Origin: Felis catus
Taxonomy: Eukaryota
Reading direction: 5' to 3'
Length of the DNA stretch: 64,000 bases
Assembly: GCF_018350175.1 (NCBI RefSeq)
Contig: NC_058373.1
Coordinates: 103,790,001 to 103,854,000, forward strand
Shown here: piece by piece, positions 24,421-38,526 of the stretch
Layout: every line of letters begins with the position of its first letter
Position numbering within the stretch: position 1 is the first letter of the stretch
The notes under the pieces: generated by a model
The model's input: only the letters and a program-made list of their open reading frames with translations
Database searches by the model: none
What the model was told of the DNA's origin: nothing
Translations under genes and position numbers: made by a program

Positions 24421-26099
24421 AACGCATTTTAGAGCCATTTGAATGTTAAGGAGATTTTTATTAATGGCCCATGAGCCTAAAATGTGACTATTGATTCTTG
24501 GAACAGATTTTAACAACTAGGGGCCGGGATGAGTGATTTTCAGGTGGCAGTGTGGCCGCAGGCCTCTGGAGACTCCAGTTGGCAGATGGGGGGCAGGGCC
24601 TCAGGGAGAGTCTTCACCCAAAAGCTGGCTCTAAGGGGCACTTTCAGGCCTTTACCTGGGGAACCGAGGGTGGAGGGCAGCAGACCTGCAGGGTGCAGTC
24701 AAGTGCTGCTCCTGTGTTTCCCGGAGGCCGCATTTGCTGGGCTCGTCTTGGGCCGTTCAGAGGGGTAGAAATCAGCACTGGTATAGCTGCTAGAAACCGG
24801 CATCTTATTTTTAAAGACACCCTCGGCTGCAAGTGTCTCCTAGTAAGAAACATCTAATCCAAAGGCCCCCTTCCCACCTCCACAGTAGGCAAACCAAGGC
24901 GAGGACACCGGGAGAAGGTGGCAGAAGATTCTGATTCTTAGATAGCTTTTTTTTTTTTTTTTTTTCCCTTCTGGAGCTGAAACAAGTCAGTTCAAACTTT
25001 GGTCACTTACCATTATATATTTGCTGTGGGATTCTTTTTTTGTTTTCTTTGTTTTGTTCTGTTTTGTTTTTTTCCATCCCCAAATACCATGTTTCCTTCC
25101 ACTAAGAATGGAAGGTAAAGAGTTGGGGAGATTAAGGAATAAAAGTGACTCATGGACCTCATGCTGTTCGACTTTCCCTTTAGGAGAAAAACAAAATTCG
25201 GAGTCGACCCTCCCCCCAGTGATAGCCTGGCCTCTCGGGCACCTGCAGTTATCTTTGACCGAATGGGTTGGGCTTGGTAGGGCTCCTTTATTTGAATTTG
25301 CTTATTGTTTGTTTGCAGTCGACAGCAGGTTGATTTTTAAATATAAAACCCGCTGCTTGCAAGAGAGGAAGTCTGACAGATTCCCTTTAGAATTGGGGGG
25401 CGGGGGGGGGGTGGTGCCTGCCTTGCTTCTGGGAGTTGCTGCATAGTAGAAGGTCTTGCAAACGCACGCCTGCTCACTTCTCTCAGCCACTTCTGCAGAC
25501 AGAAGCTTCCTCCAGCTGGCAGAATGGGTTCCGTGTCCTTCGAATTGCCTCCCTTGGAAAAACTGCCCTTTCCAAATAGTGCCTAAATTTTGTTTTAATC
25601 GGGTTAAAAACAAAAACCCACAAATGCGTTCAAGGCCTCATATTGCTATTAACAGGCAGTTTGGAAGAGATGCTCCAAGCAATTCTATACAATGTGTCTC
25701 AATACACCGGAGCACTATGGTTTCACATGTAATGTTAATTCTGTCCGAGACAAATCCCATAATCTGTGCAGTTTCAGAGCCTAATAGTGAAAGACATCGG
25801 GGTGGGTTTTGTTGGGGGTTTTGCTCTCTCCATCCCAGGGGCTCCCTGTCTTTCCTATCGTGCTAACCCACGGGCGGAAATGGGGCAGCTGGGGGATCAG
25901 GTTTTATCCGGGCACGCTGCGCTTACTGGGTGCTACCCGTTGAGAGAAAAACAGAGGTGTGTTGAAGGCACTGGTCACAGATCTGGGCATGCAGATACGC
26001 GACTGGGGCTTGGACCCTTTTGTGGTAGGAAGGGGAAAGAGCTGTCCTTCCTAAAGGTTTCCAAGGAAGGCAAGAAGCAGGCTGAGGTCATGGCTGAGT

Positions 26100-27660
26100 C
26101 CGACCCTGTATCTTCCCGTTTGGGTTGTTTTCTACCACGTCCGCTTCAGTTGTGTGGGATGCGCCCGACGCCTGCCTGACTCCTTTGTTTTTCTCTTTTG
26201 CGTAATTAAAACATGTCTCTGTGTGCAGTAAACCACCACCTAACACTGGCACGCCTGGTTTTGGGTTACAGCTTTGTCCCGGTAACAACAGCGAGGTTTT
26301 CACCGGGTGTTAGATGCGGGTTCAAACTTGTGCTGTACGTGCCAGGTCTGGCTGCCCGACCACCCGCTTCTGGTTAAGTGCGGGCGGGCACAGTTCTGCG
26401 GCCGCTGCCCTGCAGGTGACCGGAATGGGCTTCCTGGCGCCTTCCAGGACGCCTGAGGCACCGCTTCCCCATTCCAGACCCGGCTTCCAGCCTTCGGGGC
26501 TGTTCAGTGCTGCGCCCAGGTCCAAAAAGGAAAAGACGGGGCACTCGGCTAAAAAAAGAAATGTAGAGGGGTAGGAGAAAAGGGATGAGGCTCCCCTCTG
26601 AAAGCCTCAGCCCAGAGCCCAGGACCCCGAGGGAGGGCGGAACACACAAGCACGACTTCCCCAGACCCGCCAGCCGGAGCACCTGGCTCTCCAGGGAGAT
26701 CTCTGAGGGCCCAGAGCAGGCCCAGCTGGACTCCCTGTCGGCGCCACGGACGCCCCTCGGCGGGAGCCCCCGCTGTGGCGGCGGCGGCGGCCTCCCCCTC
26801 GCTGCCGGGAGGAGACCCAGCGGTCTGCGGCGCTTCCTCCCGGGAGACGAGGAGAGCCAGAGGCCGTAGGCCCCGCCAGGCCCGCTTTCACCTCCCTGGC
26901 CCCCTCTCCTGGGCCCGGCCTCTCCTTGGGTCTCAGTTTTCGTTCCTTTTCCAGCGCAAGGTGCTCTGCTCCTGTCCGGACCACACACACACTCTCCTCC
27001 CTCCCTCCGCAACTCGGGCCGGGCCGTGCTGTCAGCCAGACGCCCCCCAAGCCCGCGGCCGACCCAAAGGCGACTTCAGGGCTCGAGGAGGCCGCGCTCT
27101 CCGTGCGCTGAAGGCGCGCAGGCCCCGCGGCGGCTCCTCAGCTCTGCCCGCGGCCCCCAGCCCCCTGGGCTCGGGCGCGGCCGGATCCCGCGGGGCCTGA
27201 ACACTTAGCCGAGCGGGGTGGGCTGCGGCAGGGCACAGGAAGGGAGGGGAACTCAAAGGACGAGAGACGGTCTCCTGTCGCCTCCGCCAGGCCCGCAGGG
27301 CTGTGAGTAGGGCCCAGAGGGCGGTATCGGCCCGGGGAACTGACTTGGGCCTCTGCCCCAACTGGGGCTCCCAGGGGCAGGGATGCGAGTCCTTTCCCCG
27401 GCCAACTCCGACGGGCCTCCAACCCTGAAAGATCGCGGTGAGTTCGGCCGAGAACCCGGGCCGCGCTCCTGCGCCGCCCCTGTGCACACCTTGGGGCTCA
27501 GTTCCCGCAGTCCCGCCCAGGGCCTCCCGGGGCCCCACGCCTCCCGCCCAGGCTGTGCGGGGCTGGGGCCGAAGGGACGTTTAGAGGAAAGGTGAGACCA
27601 AGGAACCGGATGGGAGTCGAGGAAACTGACCATTATCTAAAACTCGGAAATTTCGGCAGC
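26100..27660. promoter_or_regulatory. CpG island downstream of OTX2
   Basis: Visibly high GC and CpG density; GGC run near 26777-26790. Confidence 0.85.
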
Positions 27661-29399
27661 CGGAAATTAATTGACTTGATTGCATTGCTCTTCTTATCTG
27701 GGAAGGCTAGAAACACTCCCAAGGTGAAATACAAACGGCCAAGAATCTTTGTGGGGAAGATAAAGGATTGGGGCGGCAGATTTTTTGTGAAGCGGACCAC
27801 CCCACCGACCTCTGCCCCCCGCCCCAGTTGCCAATATGCAGTTGAACTAGCTCCCTGACGCCTTTGGAGGGTGACGTCATTTCAGTACAAGTATCACCAT
27901 GACTGGGCTTAATTTTGTTAAACCCGGTCTTGAGTAGGAGGGGTGATCAGAACTCTCTGGACGTCTTTAAGCCAGCGCATGCTCCCCGCCCCCCTTTCCC
28001 TCCCTTCGTTGCCTGCGGTCAGGGGGAATTCATTTCTACTTTGCCGTCAATCCAAAGGGATTTAACTCCGTGGTCTGTTAAACGAAGTTGTGCAAAGGTG
28101 ATGGAAAAATTAGTTTCAGAAGATGCTCAACGCCTTTTTCTGACCTCCTCCGTGTTTATAGTATTGGGGGAGCAATCTAACCGCGTTATTTGCTGAGCAA
28201 TTATTATTATGCCATTTTATAATTACACCATTATTATTTTTAATGAGAGGGGGTCTTTTCCTGATCCTTTGTGGGGCATCCTGAAAACTGGAAGCAGGGA
28301 GAGAAATTACTTTCGATCTGCTTTCCTGTTGCATGAGAAAAGCTGGGAGAGTTAGATCCAGAAGCTGGAAAATTATGAAGCAAAGATTCTCTCTTGGGCC
28401 TCAATTTCACTTCGGTGTAAACTCTGTAGGGTAAATGTTATCAATGGGTACTGGAAAATCTTGCCATGAAGTTTTGCCTCAGTTGCTTCTTGTTAACTAT
28501 TGCATTTCCTTTAGCAGTAAAACAAAACCAGTTTACTTATTAGGCAAGATTATGTAGGGTTCAAGAGAGCATGCACGGCCAGGGACAGAAAAATTAGCTA
28601 GGAAACAAAATGGTTGCAACTACTAAAGTCATTTAAAAAGTTAGTCAAGAGTCACTTAATTCGGGCCAAATTTAAGAACATGAAGAGTTTAACGTTCAAT
28701 ACTGCTTTTGCCTGAGGAGCACCATGACCCTTGGCCCATTTGTCTTTTCTGGCGATTGGTTTACAAAATGCAAGTGGAACTGAGAAGGGACCTACTTTCT
28801 TTCCCTCAGCACTTTCTTTTAAACAAAACAAAAACAAAACTGACCAGGGTGCCTTATGTTCAACTACTGAAATGATAGGTTTTAAGACTTTTCTGGAACT
28901 CTTTTGTTCAGGAATCATTTCTGCCTGAACTGCTTTCAGATTCTGATTACATTCCCTCTCATGTTCACCTCAGATTTTTTTGGAAGTTAAAAAATAAAAA
29001 GTCCCCTTAAATGCGAGAATAAAAACAAGGAATTCTTGCCATTCCCATTTTCTCCGAGGTACTACAGTTCTCCCTGTCGCGCTAAAAAAGGAATGAGCCA
29101 TGTTAAAAGGTACCAGTAAAGTGCCTAAGAAATCACCATGGCATGCGGCAAGTAGAGCAAGAGCCTAATGATTGTCAGGCTCCCTATGTTCTGTTCCAGA
29201 GCAGTCCTGATGGAAGTCACACAAAGTGGACATGCCACAGTCACTCGTATCTAGTTCATCCATTGATCAAGCCAAAAATGCTTTTTAAATAGAGTTTATG
29301 GATTTCCTCTCTGGCCTAAATAAAATATGTTTAGGGAAGGAGAGGCTGAATATGGGCTTCTCATCCATAAATAGCGGCATAAAATTAAACTGGACCCAA

Positions 29400-30424
29400 T
29401 ATTGTGCTAGAACCATTTTAATATAATTATACATATCTGCCAAATCCAGGAAGAAAAGGTTTATGCATATATAACTTTTCCAGTTAACATCTGCAAGCAT
29501 AAACGACAATGATCTCAGTCTATAAATTCATCAGGGTCAGAGCAATTGACCAATGTCTCTTTACTGCTAGGCTTACCAACAGTAAATTACAGATGAATCA
29601 GTGTCCTTCTGTTTCTCTTCTCTCACTCTCCTTGTCCAGAGACATTTTGTTGTAAAGTTTCAGTGCAGCTCACCTCCAGCCAAAGGTAATCTTTTTAGAT
29701 AAGTACTCAGTTGCTCTGAATTTGCTTATAATTATAACCTATTTAATCACAGAAGAACCCCTGCAGAGGTGGAGTTCAAGGTTGCATACAATAACAGGAG
29801 ATCACAGTTTTGAAGTCTAGCACAGATTAAAAACCACAGATGTACCATTTATATAAGACACACACTGATTGTCTCTTAAACTACATATTGACTCCTTATG
29901 AACATTATTTTTTAAATAAAGTAGTGCATCTAGGACAATCAGTCGCACAATTCACACAGCCCTGAAAAGTTTTTCAGTGCCAACTACCAGTTGGTCATGA
30001 AACGTGAGTGAGCTTGAGACACTGTCCATTCCTAAGATTCAACCACGGATTGGCTAAAACATTGGAACCCCTCTGCTTAAGAAGGCTATGTCCTTCCCTC
30101 CTTTCCCTCGCAATTTAGTTTTGTTTATTTTTGGTGGTGTTTGGTTGCACATGGCTAGAATGCTTTTGATCACTTTGCAAATCAGGAAAACCAATGACCT
30201 AAAACTATGACAGGATCTTAAGTAGACTGGTCTGTCCATTTCAGGTTGCTGGTTGGTGGGCCCCTGTAAGGCCCTTCATTTTTCCTTCTATGCCTCTCGG
30301 ATCATTGATCAGAAGATGAGTCTGAGCATCATCCCATCTAACTCTTTTAACCAATGCCTGGCTAAAACTGGAATGTCCAGCCCAGTATATTTAAAAATCA
30401 CCCACAAAAAGGTTCTACGGATCT
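29400..30424 (-). other. OTX2: OTX2 3' UTR with ATTAAA poly(A) signal at 29422-29417
   Basis: Repeat-free AT-rich sequence after the stop codon; ATTAAA about 1 kb downstream; the exact cleavage site is estimated. Confidence 0.7.
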
Positions 30425-31078
<654 letters not shown>

Positions 31079-32132
31079 TCAAGGACAAGAGTGGCTTCCA
31101 GATTATAAATCTGCTCTCCATGGACAGATGAGCTAAGCAGACAATCTCTCCTGCCACTGAAAACCCATTTTGTGGTGCTTTCATATGTACCCCTGGAATG
31201 GTAAGAAAGTGGGGAGGCTGTCTTAAAGCCTGGACTCCCAGCCCAGTATCATAAATCATATGGCTAAAAATTCTCCCTCTCATTTTCCTATCTCGTATTT
31301 CACCTTAAATACGCACATACACATAGACCCAGCAGTATTGTGGAACACTCTTACAGTGGAATTCCATGTTTCTATGTCTTTTGGGGCAAAACACAAGCAA
31401 AGCGAGGGATAACAATTCTCAACAACAAGAACAGCCTAAATTCAAAGTTTACAGTCCATCTTCTGGGGAGTAACTTTTAATATGGAGGTGGTTCCATCAC
31501 TCTATTTTTTTTTTCCTTCTCTCCTAAAAAGGCTCACTTACAAAAGAGAGCTCCAAGGAGAAGCGTTCCTGTTGAAGGAGGTCTGAAAGCCACTGTTTGC
31601 GGAAACTGTCTTTATGGTAAGTGGAATGTTTTGTACGTACTCAGCTTTGAGCTTAAGCACAGACTTCTCTGCTAGTCTCAGGTCTGATACTGGAGTCTTT
31701 GCCTTCAGGGTGGTGCCACTCAGCACACAGATTCAGTGTCCTGGGCTATGTTCACTGGCTTGTCAATTTAAGGGTCTGCCTGCAACTGTGAAGACTGTCT
31801 TTACCAGCCCTGTTCATGTTCTGCAATGAAGGAACAGTATTTGCTGTGGGAGGGGGCCTATCAAAGAAATTACCACCCTTTGAGAGAAAACTACAGGCAT
31901 TTTCAGAGCAACACGTCCTCCGTGGTTTTCTCGAATGAGCTCTACATATGGGTGTGTTAACTGTGCCCCCAAAGCTGAGCATATCACCACCAACCACTCA
32001 GAGCCACTTACTTTCTTGCAGTGAAGACTTGAGTTCAAGCCCCCCAAGTGCTAAATTCCTCCGTCCTACTTTGGAAAGTCTCTTGTGTGATCTGCAGGTC
32101 ACATTGATATGTCCTGGCTAAAGGGGAGTCCC

Positions 32133-32134
<2 letters not shown>

Positions 32135-32174
<40 letters not shown>
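32135..32174. repeat. (GT)n microsatellite in an OTX2 intron
   Basis: Read directly. Confidence 0.97.
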
Positions 32175-32176
<2 letters not shown>

Positions 32177-32429
32177 AGGTGCTAAACATTATTTCCAGAG
32201 AACTCTATATGCGACTTGCGTTTGAGGAAATTTGGAGTTTACTTTCCCTCTCCAGCTTAAGGTCAAGTTAAGGGGAGGGGGGGATGTCACTGAGGATGTT
32301 GCCTTGATATTTTATCTGCAAGATGGCTCAGAGCTAGCAAATTCTGTCTACACCCTGAGAAGTTAAAGAAAACACTATTATTGTGTAATTTCTTTGTTAA
32401 GAACACCAGTGTTTCTATGGCTTGGCTCT

Positions 32430-32530
32430 ATCGCCAAACTGACATGTGACCTTGAGCAAGTCATTTACTCCATTTCTTCACCTGTAAAAATATTGGGGCT
32501 ATACAGGAGCTAAGCTCCTTTCACCTCTAA
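32430..32530 (+). mobile_element. MIR fragment in an OTX2 intron
   Basis: tgtgaccttgagcaagtcattta...tttcttcacctgtaaaa. Confidence 0.7.
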
Positions 32531-32934
32531 AAGTAGATGAGAATGGGGTAGGATTTCCACACGGGGAAAGGGAAGTATTAAAATATTAAGTGACTGCCCT
32601 TGAAATCTGCCAAGACCAGGCCTCTGTTGGCTGGGGACCCGAAAGCTCTAGGACTGTGCTTTATCACTGCAGCAAAATCTCCAGTCTTCCCTTACAACCT
32701 AGGTCGGGAGACTCATGCAGAGACTCACCCCTAGGGTGGGGTGGGGGTGCAGAAAGGGGCAAGAGGAGTAATCAGGCCCAAGGAGCCTTAGAAGAAGAGT
32801 GTACTGGCCTCCAATGAAGGGCTGAATTTCCAGCCTTCCTTTCACACTTTCTAAGACCTGGGACTCTGCCGGGTCCTCAACATACACCGAGCTCAGGGGA
32901 GGAGTGGCACGGTCAGGAAGGACGGTTCTATCTA

Positions 32935-33222
<288 letters not shown>

Positions 33223-34084
33223 TCAACCCAGAGCCTACCAGTGTTCTCCCCACCCCCTCCCCGGACCCGGAGCCGACACTCGGTCCCCAGACAAGCACTG
33301 TCCTTTCCAGGGGAGCCCCCACTTTTGACATTGGAGATCGCTCCAGCCAGAGCGACCCTTCCATAGATAACAGATGAAATAAAAGGAAGCCCAAAATCCT
33401 AAACTCCCACAGAAGCAACCCCTAAGCCACAACACAAACAAAAAATCCATTCCATGAAGTCAAGGGATCCCCGAGGACCCGCAGTTCGGATTGATGGGGT
33501 GAAATCTCGATCCTGCTCGAGACTCTGGTTTTGAGGGCCTTTGTTCCTCCATCTTTAAAATGGGGGCATATTTCCTACTTCTACGAGGATTTTAAAAAAC
33601 AGATCTGACCGGAAAGGAAAGCACCCATACCCAGGGTAAGTCACACCTTTAGGGCTTAGAGGCATGGGGCCTGGAGGTCACAGGGGAGGCCCCAGGATTG
33701 GTCCGGAGAATTTACGAGGAGAAACCCAGCTTCTCGAAGAGGGTCCTTCGAGGAACTGGGATTCCAGATATGGGCGGAGGCAGGAACCTTCCTCGCCCGG
33801 CTCCGAAGTGTGTCCCCCCAATCACTCCAATTAAGAATAAAGCGGTGTGGGTTTCCTCCAGCATTGCAGGATCCACCTACTCCCTCCAGCCCCTATCCTC
33901 CCCTCCGGCCGGTAAACGCCCTGTGGCCCTGAGCTGCTTTTTCGAAGGAAAACCCAGTGGGGACCTCGCCTGGAGCTGGGGTGGGGGCAGCGCGACCGCC
34001 GGCCCCAGAGCTCCGGGGGGAAAGGGCGTCACAATCCGAGGGGCGGGCCTGGAGAAAGGCGAGGCAGGAGTGCCGCGAGGCTCA

Positions 34085-34342
<258 letters not shown>

Positions 34343-34389
34343 TTACTGCTTCGCAGGCGGCAGCTCTCCCACGTTCCACCACTAACTTA

Positions 34390-35100
34390 GAAAGAGCCTG
34401 GGCTGTGCAAGGTAGAGGCTTTTAAAGGACTTGCAACCCACCCCTCACCCCCGCCCCCAGCTGCTGTGGAACTAGAGGGGATGGAGAGAGACCAGATAAA
34501 CCTGTCTTCCCCACCCCCACACTAAACTTAAGGAAAAAAAAAAAAAAAGTACCAGAAGAAAGCAATTACAATCTGCCTTCCCCCCGAAGAACAAAACCCT
34601 GCGCCTTCAAATGCACACATTGCATTCCTATCCCTACATTTGCATAGGACTCATTGGCTGGCACTAGCTAATTGTCTCAAACAAAACTTGATTGGGGCCA
34701 TTTGCAGAGACAAAGAACTCTTTGGCTAAATAAATAATGCTGATAACAAAGCCCATTGGTGAGAAACAAAGAAACAATTCAAGAAATCTACCTCTCCCCA
34801 GACTGTTGCCTTTCCAAGGCAAATTTTAATTATCTTCGCTTTTTTACCACTTTTAACTGCTGTGAACCTAAAATGTCAGTGCATTTAACATCTAAAATAC
34901 GAACTTGCTAATCGACAAAGTTGAGAAAACTGCTCAACTGCTATGACTCCACATTTGAAGTCATTTCCAGTAATCATTTTCACCTAATTAGTAGTCTGGG
35001 TAATTAGATTTTGAGGTAAGTAACAGATTTATTAAGGTTTTGGAGGACCTTGATTATGTGTCTAAAGAACTAAAGCTAAACAAACAAGTATTTAACTTTT
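34390..35100 (-). promoter_or_regulatory. OTX2: OTX2 proximal promoter and upstream enhancer motifs
   Basis: TTTAAAA TATA-like 34426-34420; GC box ~34448-34455; octamer ATGCAAAT 34645-34638; forkhead-like TTATTTATTTAG ~34726-34737; CTAATTA at 34984-34990 (+) and 35007-35001; TAAATCTG 35031-35024. Confidence 0.75.
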
Positions 35101-36612
35101 AATCGACACCCATCAAATATTTAAACACACTGCAAAAAAAAAAAAAAAAGTCTTAGAGATTGGCATGAGGTTTGCTAGAAATCCTGAAGTTAGAATCCCA
35201 CCAATCAGATAATGACAGGCCCCCACATTTGCAAGCAGAAAGGGTGAGCATTTGTAGTGCAAGCCGCTTCCATGTTGGTTTTGGTGTTGTAGAGGCAGCA
35301 GATCCTGCGGGAGGCAAATTTTCAGACATTGGGGTCCTCAGCAGCTACAGCAGAGCTTCCTGTTAATTCTAGCTGCCTGCCTTTTGCACATTTTAGTTTT
35401 GAAGAAAGTAGATCCACAAACACCCAAAGTTGTGAAACTAGTAGAATTTCTCCCTACCTTTCAAGTTTTCTACAATCCTATAAGAAAAAGCTCAGGGAGG
35501 GAAAAGGCAGGCAGAAAAAGAAAAGTTATTTACTTTCTTCAGCTGTGTGTCTCTCACTGCCCCAAGCAAAGGGATCCCAAATGGATGTTAATACGGGCTG
35601 ACAGTTTTCAAGTCTAGCTTTTATTTGACTAAAAATTGACACTTATCCTGCAAAGACCTCTACTTTGCAACTTTGACACTATGAGAGATTGCTTCAAAAT
35701 GGCGGATACAAGATTAGGAGAAGTTCCCTCTTACTTTGACAAAGGTCCTACTGAGTTTTTAGGACTGGATTTTCATATTTCCATTGCTTTAGAGATCAAG
35801 GCACAAAATTCTACAAATGGAAGTCAGTTACTGCAACTTCTTCCCGATTTAAAGTCATAGCACAAAAATCATGCTTTCCTACCCTCGGGTCTAATTTAAT
35901 GTAATTTTATAAATACCCTTCTTGGAGGAGTTTGAAAAATCTCATCAATAAAACTAATTTAGTTGCCCCCTGTAACAAAGACTTGATATTTTCTACTCTC
36001 TTTCCAAGACAGAGTTATTTAGAGCCTGTGAAAACAATGTTGCTTTAAAATACAGTCATTTATTTGTTTATGTAGCTTCTAAGCTGGAGTTCTTTCTTGT
36101 TTAATGCAGTCTTACTATGTTGTACAGTTCTGAACTACCACAGAAAAAACCAAAATCATAGCAGATGTACACATGAGAAATATGGAATTGTTCTTACATG
36201 TAGAGCTCTCACCCAATTAGAAATGCACATTCCAACATAAAAAGCAGTAACAGACAGAAAGCACTAGGCAAAGATCCTTCTCGGAACAGCTTTGCCCTTG
36301 CCATCGCAAAATCACTAAAATTCTAGGGATAAACTGTTTTCGCTTTAGCTACTCTATGCATCTTTAAAAGAAAAAGAAAAGCACCCCCAAATAAAACTAT
36401 TCGATACTTTGAGCAGCCGGCCTAGGCTATGAAAGAGCCATGCACTCTCCAAAGAAGAGGCCATTGGCTCTTCCATTAACTTTCAAAGCCCTGCAAGGAC
36501 GCCTTTCTCCCTTCCTCTCTAAAGCGAGCCCAGAAGGGGAAACTGAAATACCCTTTCAAAAATATAAGCGTCAGTATGACTGCTCGTGAGGTAGCCACTG
36601 GAGAAGTCCTAC

Positions 36613-36745
36613 CCACGGGAGCGGGCGACGGTCGCTGGGCGAGTCTCCGCAGCCGCTGGGCGCCCGCACGTCCGGGCGCGAGTGCCTCGGTCCGGCGTCC
36701 CTGCCCGGCAGCCCCGCAGTCCTGGCGCCCCGGGTCCGGCTCCAC
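36613..36745 (-). other. OTX2: Probable intermediate alternative first (non-coding) exon of OTX2
   Basis: GC-rich block downstream of TATA-like GATATAAG (~36775-36768), ending at donor TGG|GTAGGA at 36612; start estimated. Confidence 0.5.
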
Positions 36746-36840
36746 TGCCCGCCCGGGCCCGCGCCGCCTTATATCTAACGGTCAATTCGTGCAATCTGTC
36801 GCTCTTCCCTCCCTCCCCCACATCTCCCCCCCTGTTGTTG

Positions 36841-36841
<1 letters not shown>

Positions 36842-36882
<41 letters not shown>
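36842..36882. repeat. (TG)n microsatellite just upstream of the intermediate promoter
   Basis: Read directly. Confidence 0.97.
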
Positions 36883-36884
<2 letters not shown>

Positions 36885-38491
36885 CTTCCAAGGAGCCCAT
36901 CTACCAGTTGCTGTGTCCTCGCTCAATAATAATTACCTCGTCCAAGAATTAATTATAATAAATGTTTTCTTGATAAACTAACGAGATAATCCGAGGGGCA
37001 CACGTCCCTTAATTACAGGCCGCCGTGCTCAGCTCCGCTTCTCGTCCGGGCTGATTAATTTTCTGCATGATGGAAAAGAAACAAAACTACGCGGACTGGC
37101 GACTGGCCTGTGGCTCGGAGGACCGCGAAGAGCAAGAGGAGAGAAAGAAAGAGGAGAGAAGTGGGCACCGCGGAACCAGCCGGCGCGGGCCTCCCTCTCC
37201 GGCGAACTCGAGTGAAAGTTTCTGGCCTCAGGGAATCAAACAACGCTGCCACCCGCAAGGGAGGGAGGAAGAAACGTGCCAAAAGGGTTGGCCTTGACTA
37301 TTAATTATGGTGAGGAGAAAGCCCCAGTGTTAGCTCGGGGAGTGAGGAGAGGTCTGGTGTCTACCTTCCTTTGGGGGGAGGAGTTTCCTCTCCAACTGGT
37401 CTCCTGTGCTAATAACTTTCGGTGCCTGGAAAAAGTCCCGAACTGAGCGGGAAAAATCCTGACCCCCCCCCCCCCCCCCAGGCTCTCGGACGGAGGAGAG
37501 CATTTCCAGGAACGACTTCCCCACCCCCTCCCCAAGTCATCCACCGCTCCAGGGTCAACGCAGCTCGGCCTTCCGTCCCCGCATCCCACTTCTGTCTGTG
37601 AAGGAGGAAAAAGCCAACTCGGGGGAGTTCTGACGAGGGACTTGATCTCAAAAAATGTGTTCTGAAATCGGACTGTGATTTCAAGAGCCACTTGAACACA
37701 TCAACACGAAGACTTCTTTGGAGTTGGCGGCGTGACACGTCGCCGAGGCCGGCTGCCCGCGGAACCTGATGGTTCAACCTGCGTGGACCCAGAGCGGAGG
37801 CTGGGCCTCAGGGCACCCCTCCACCCCGGCCCGGCCCCTGCCCACGACACCCCGGTGTCCCCGAGCCTGGGAGGGGAGCGCGCGAGCGCGCACGCAGGCC
37901 CCGGCGCTGCCCCAGGTCCGGAACGGCGGAGGGCCGCCTTCCCCAGTGTAAGGTTTCCGTCCCCGGCCCCGCCGCGGCCTTAGGCGGAGCCGGGGCCACT
38001 CACCAACACTTCTGCCAGCCCCAGGTGCGTGCGGAGGGCTGCACCGGGCGGGCCCGGAGCCGTTCCGGACAAAGTCACGTAGCAAAACGACTCTCCCGCT
38101 TTCGCTCGGTCTGGAGACCCTGGTCTGGGACCGAGACAACCGGGGATGGGGATGGGGGGTTTACTGCACTCCCAGGTTATTTTGAGGGGAGGAATGTGGC
38201 GATCAAAAAGGAAAAGGGGACCTGGAGGCCTTTGAAAGAGGCTGAGAACGGAGGGCGAATCTTGGTGAGCTGCTCTTGGCTCTAGGGAAAGGGGACGGGA
38301 CAGAGGGAGCGGCGAGCGCGGGGCGGACGAGCTGCCGGCGCTCCACGCCTCCTAGGTTATTCGCTCGGGTTTCCTCTCACGTTCGTTAAGGGCGGGGGGG
38401 GGGGGGGTGGCTCGAGCTGCGACCATCCTCACCCGCTGATCCGCGAGCAAGCCGGGCTTCGGGCACGCTGGCCCTAGAAGACGCCTATCTT

Positions 38492-38524
<33 letters not shown>
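38492..38524. repeat. (ATC)n trinucleotide repeat
   Basis: Read directly. Confidence 0.95.

Positions 38525-38526
<2 letters not shown>

Larger units (their letters stand above)
36590..38480. promoter_or_regulatory. CpG island over the intermediate promoter / 5' intron
   Basis: High CpG density. Confidence 0.8.

Noticed and set aside
22901..27633. Many overlapping 100-240 aa ORFs on both strands
   Set aside because: All fall in CpG islands, overlap in several frames, are low-complexity and match no protein family I recognise.
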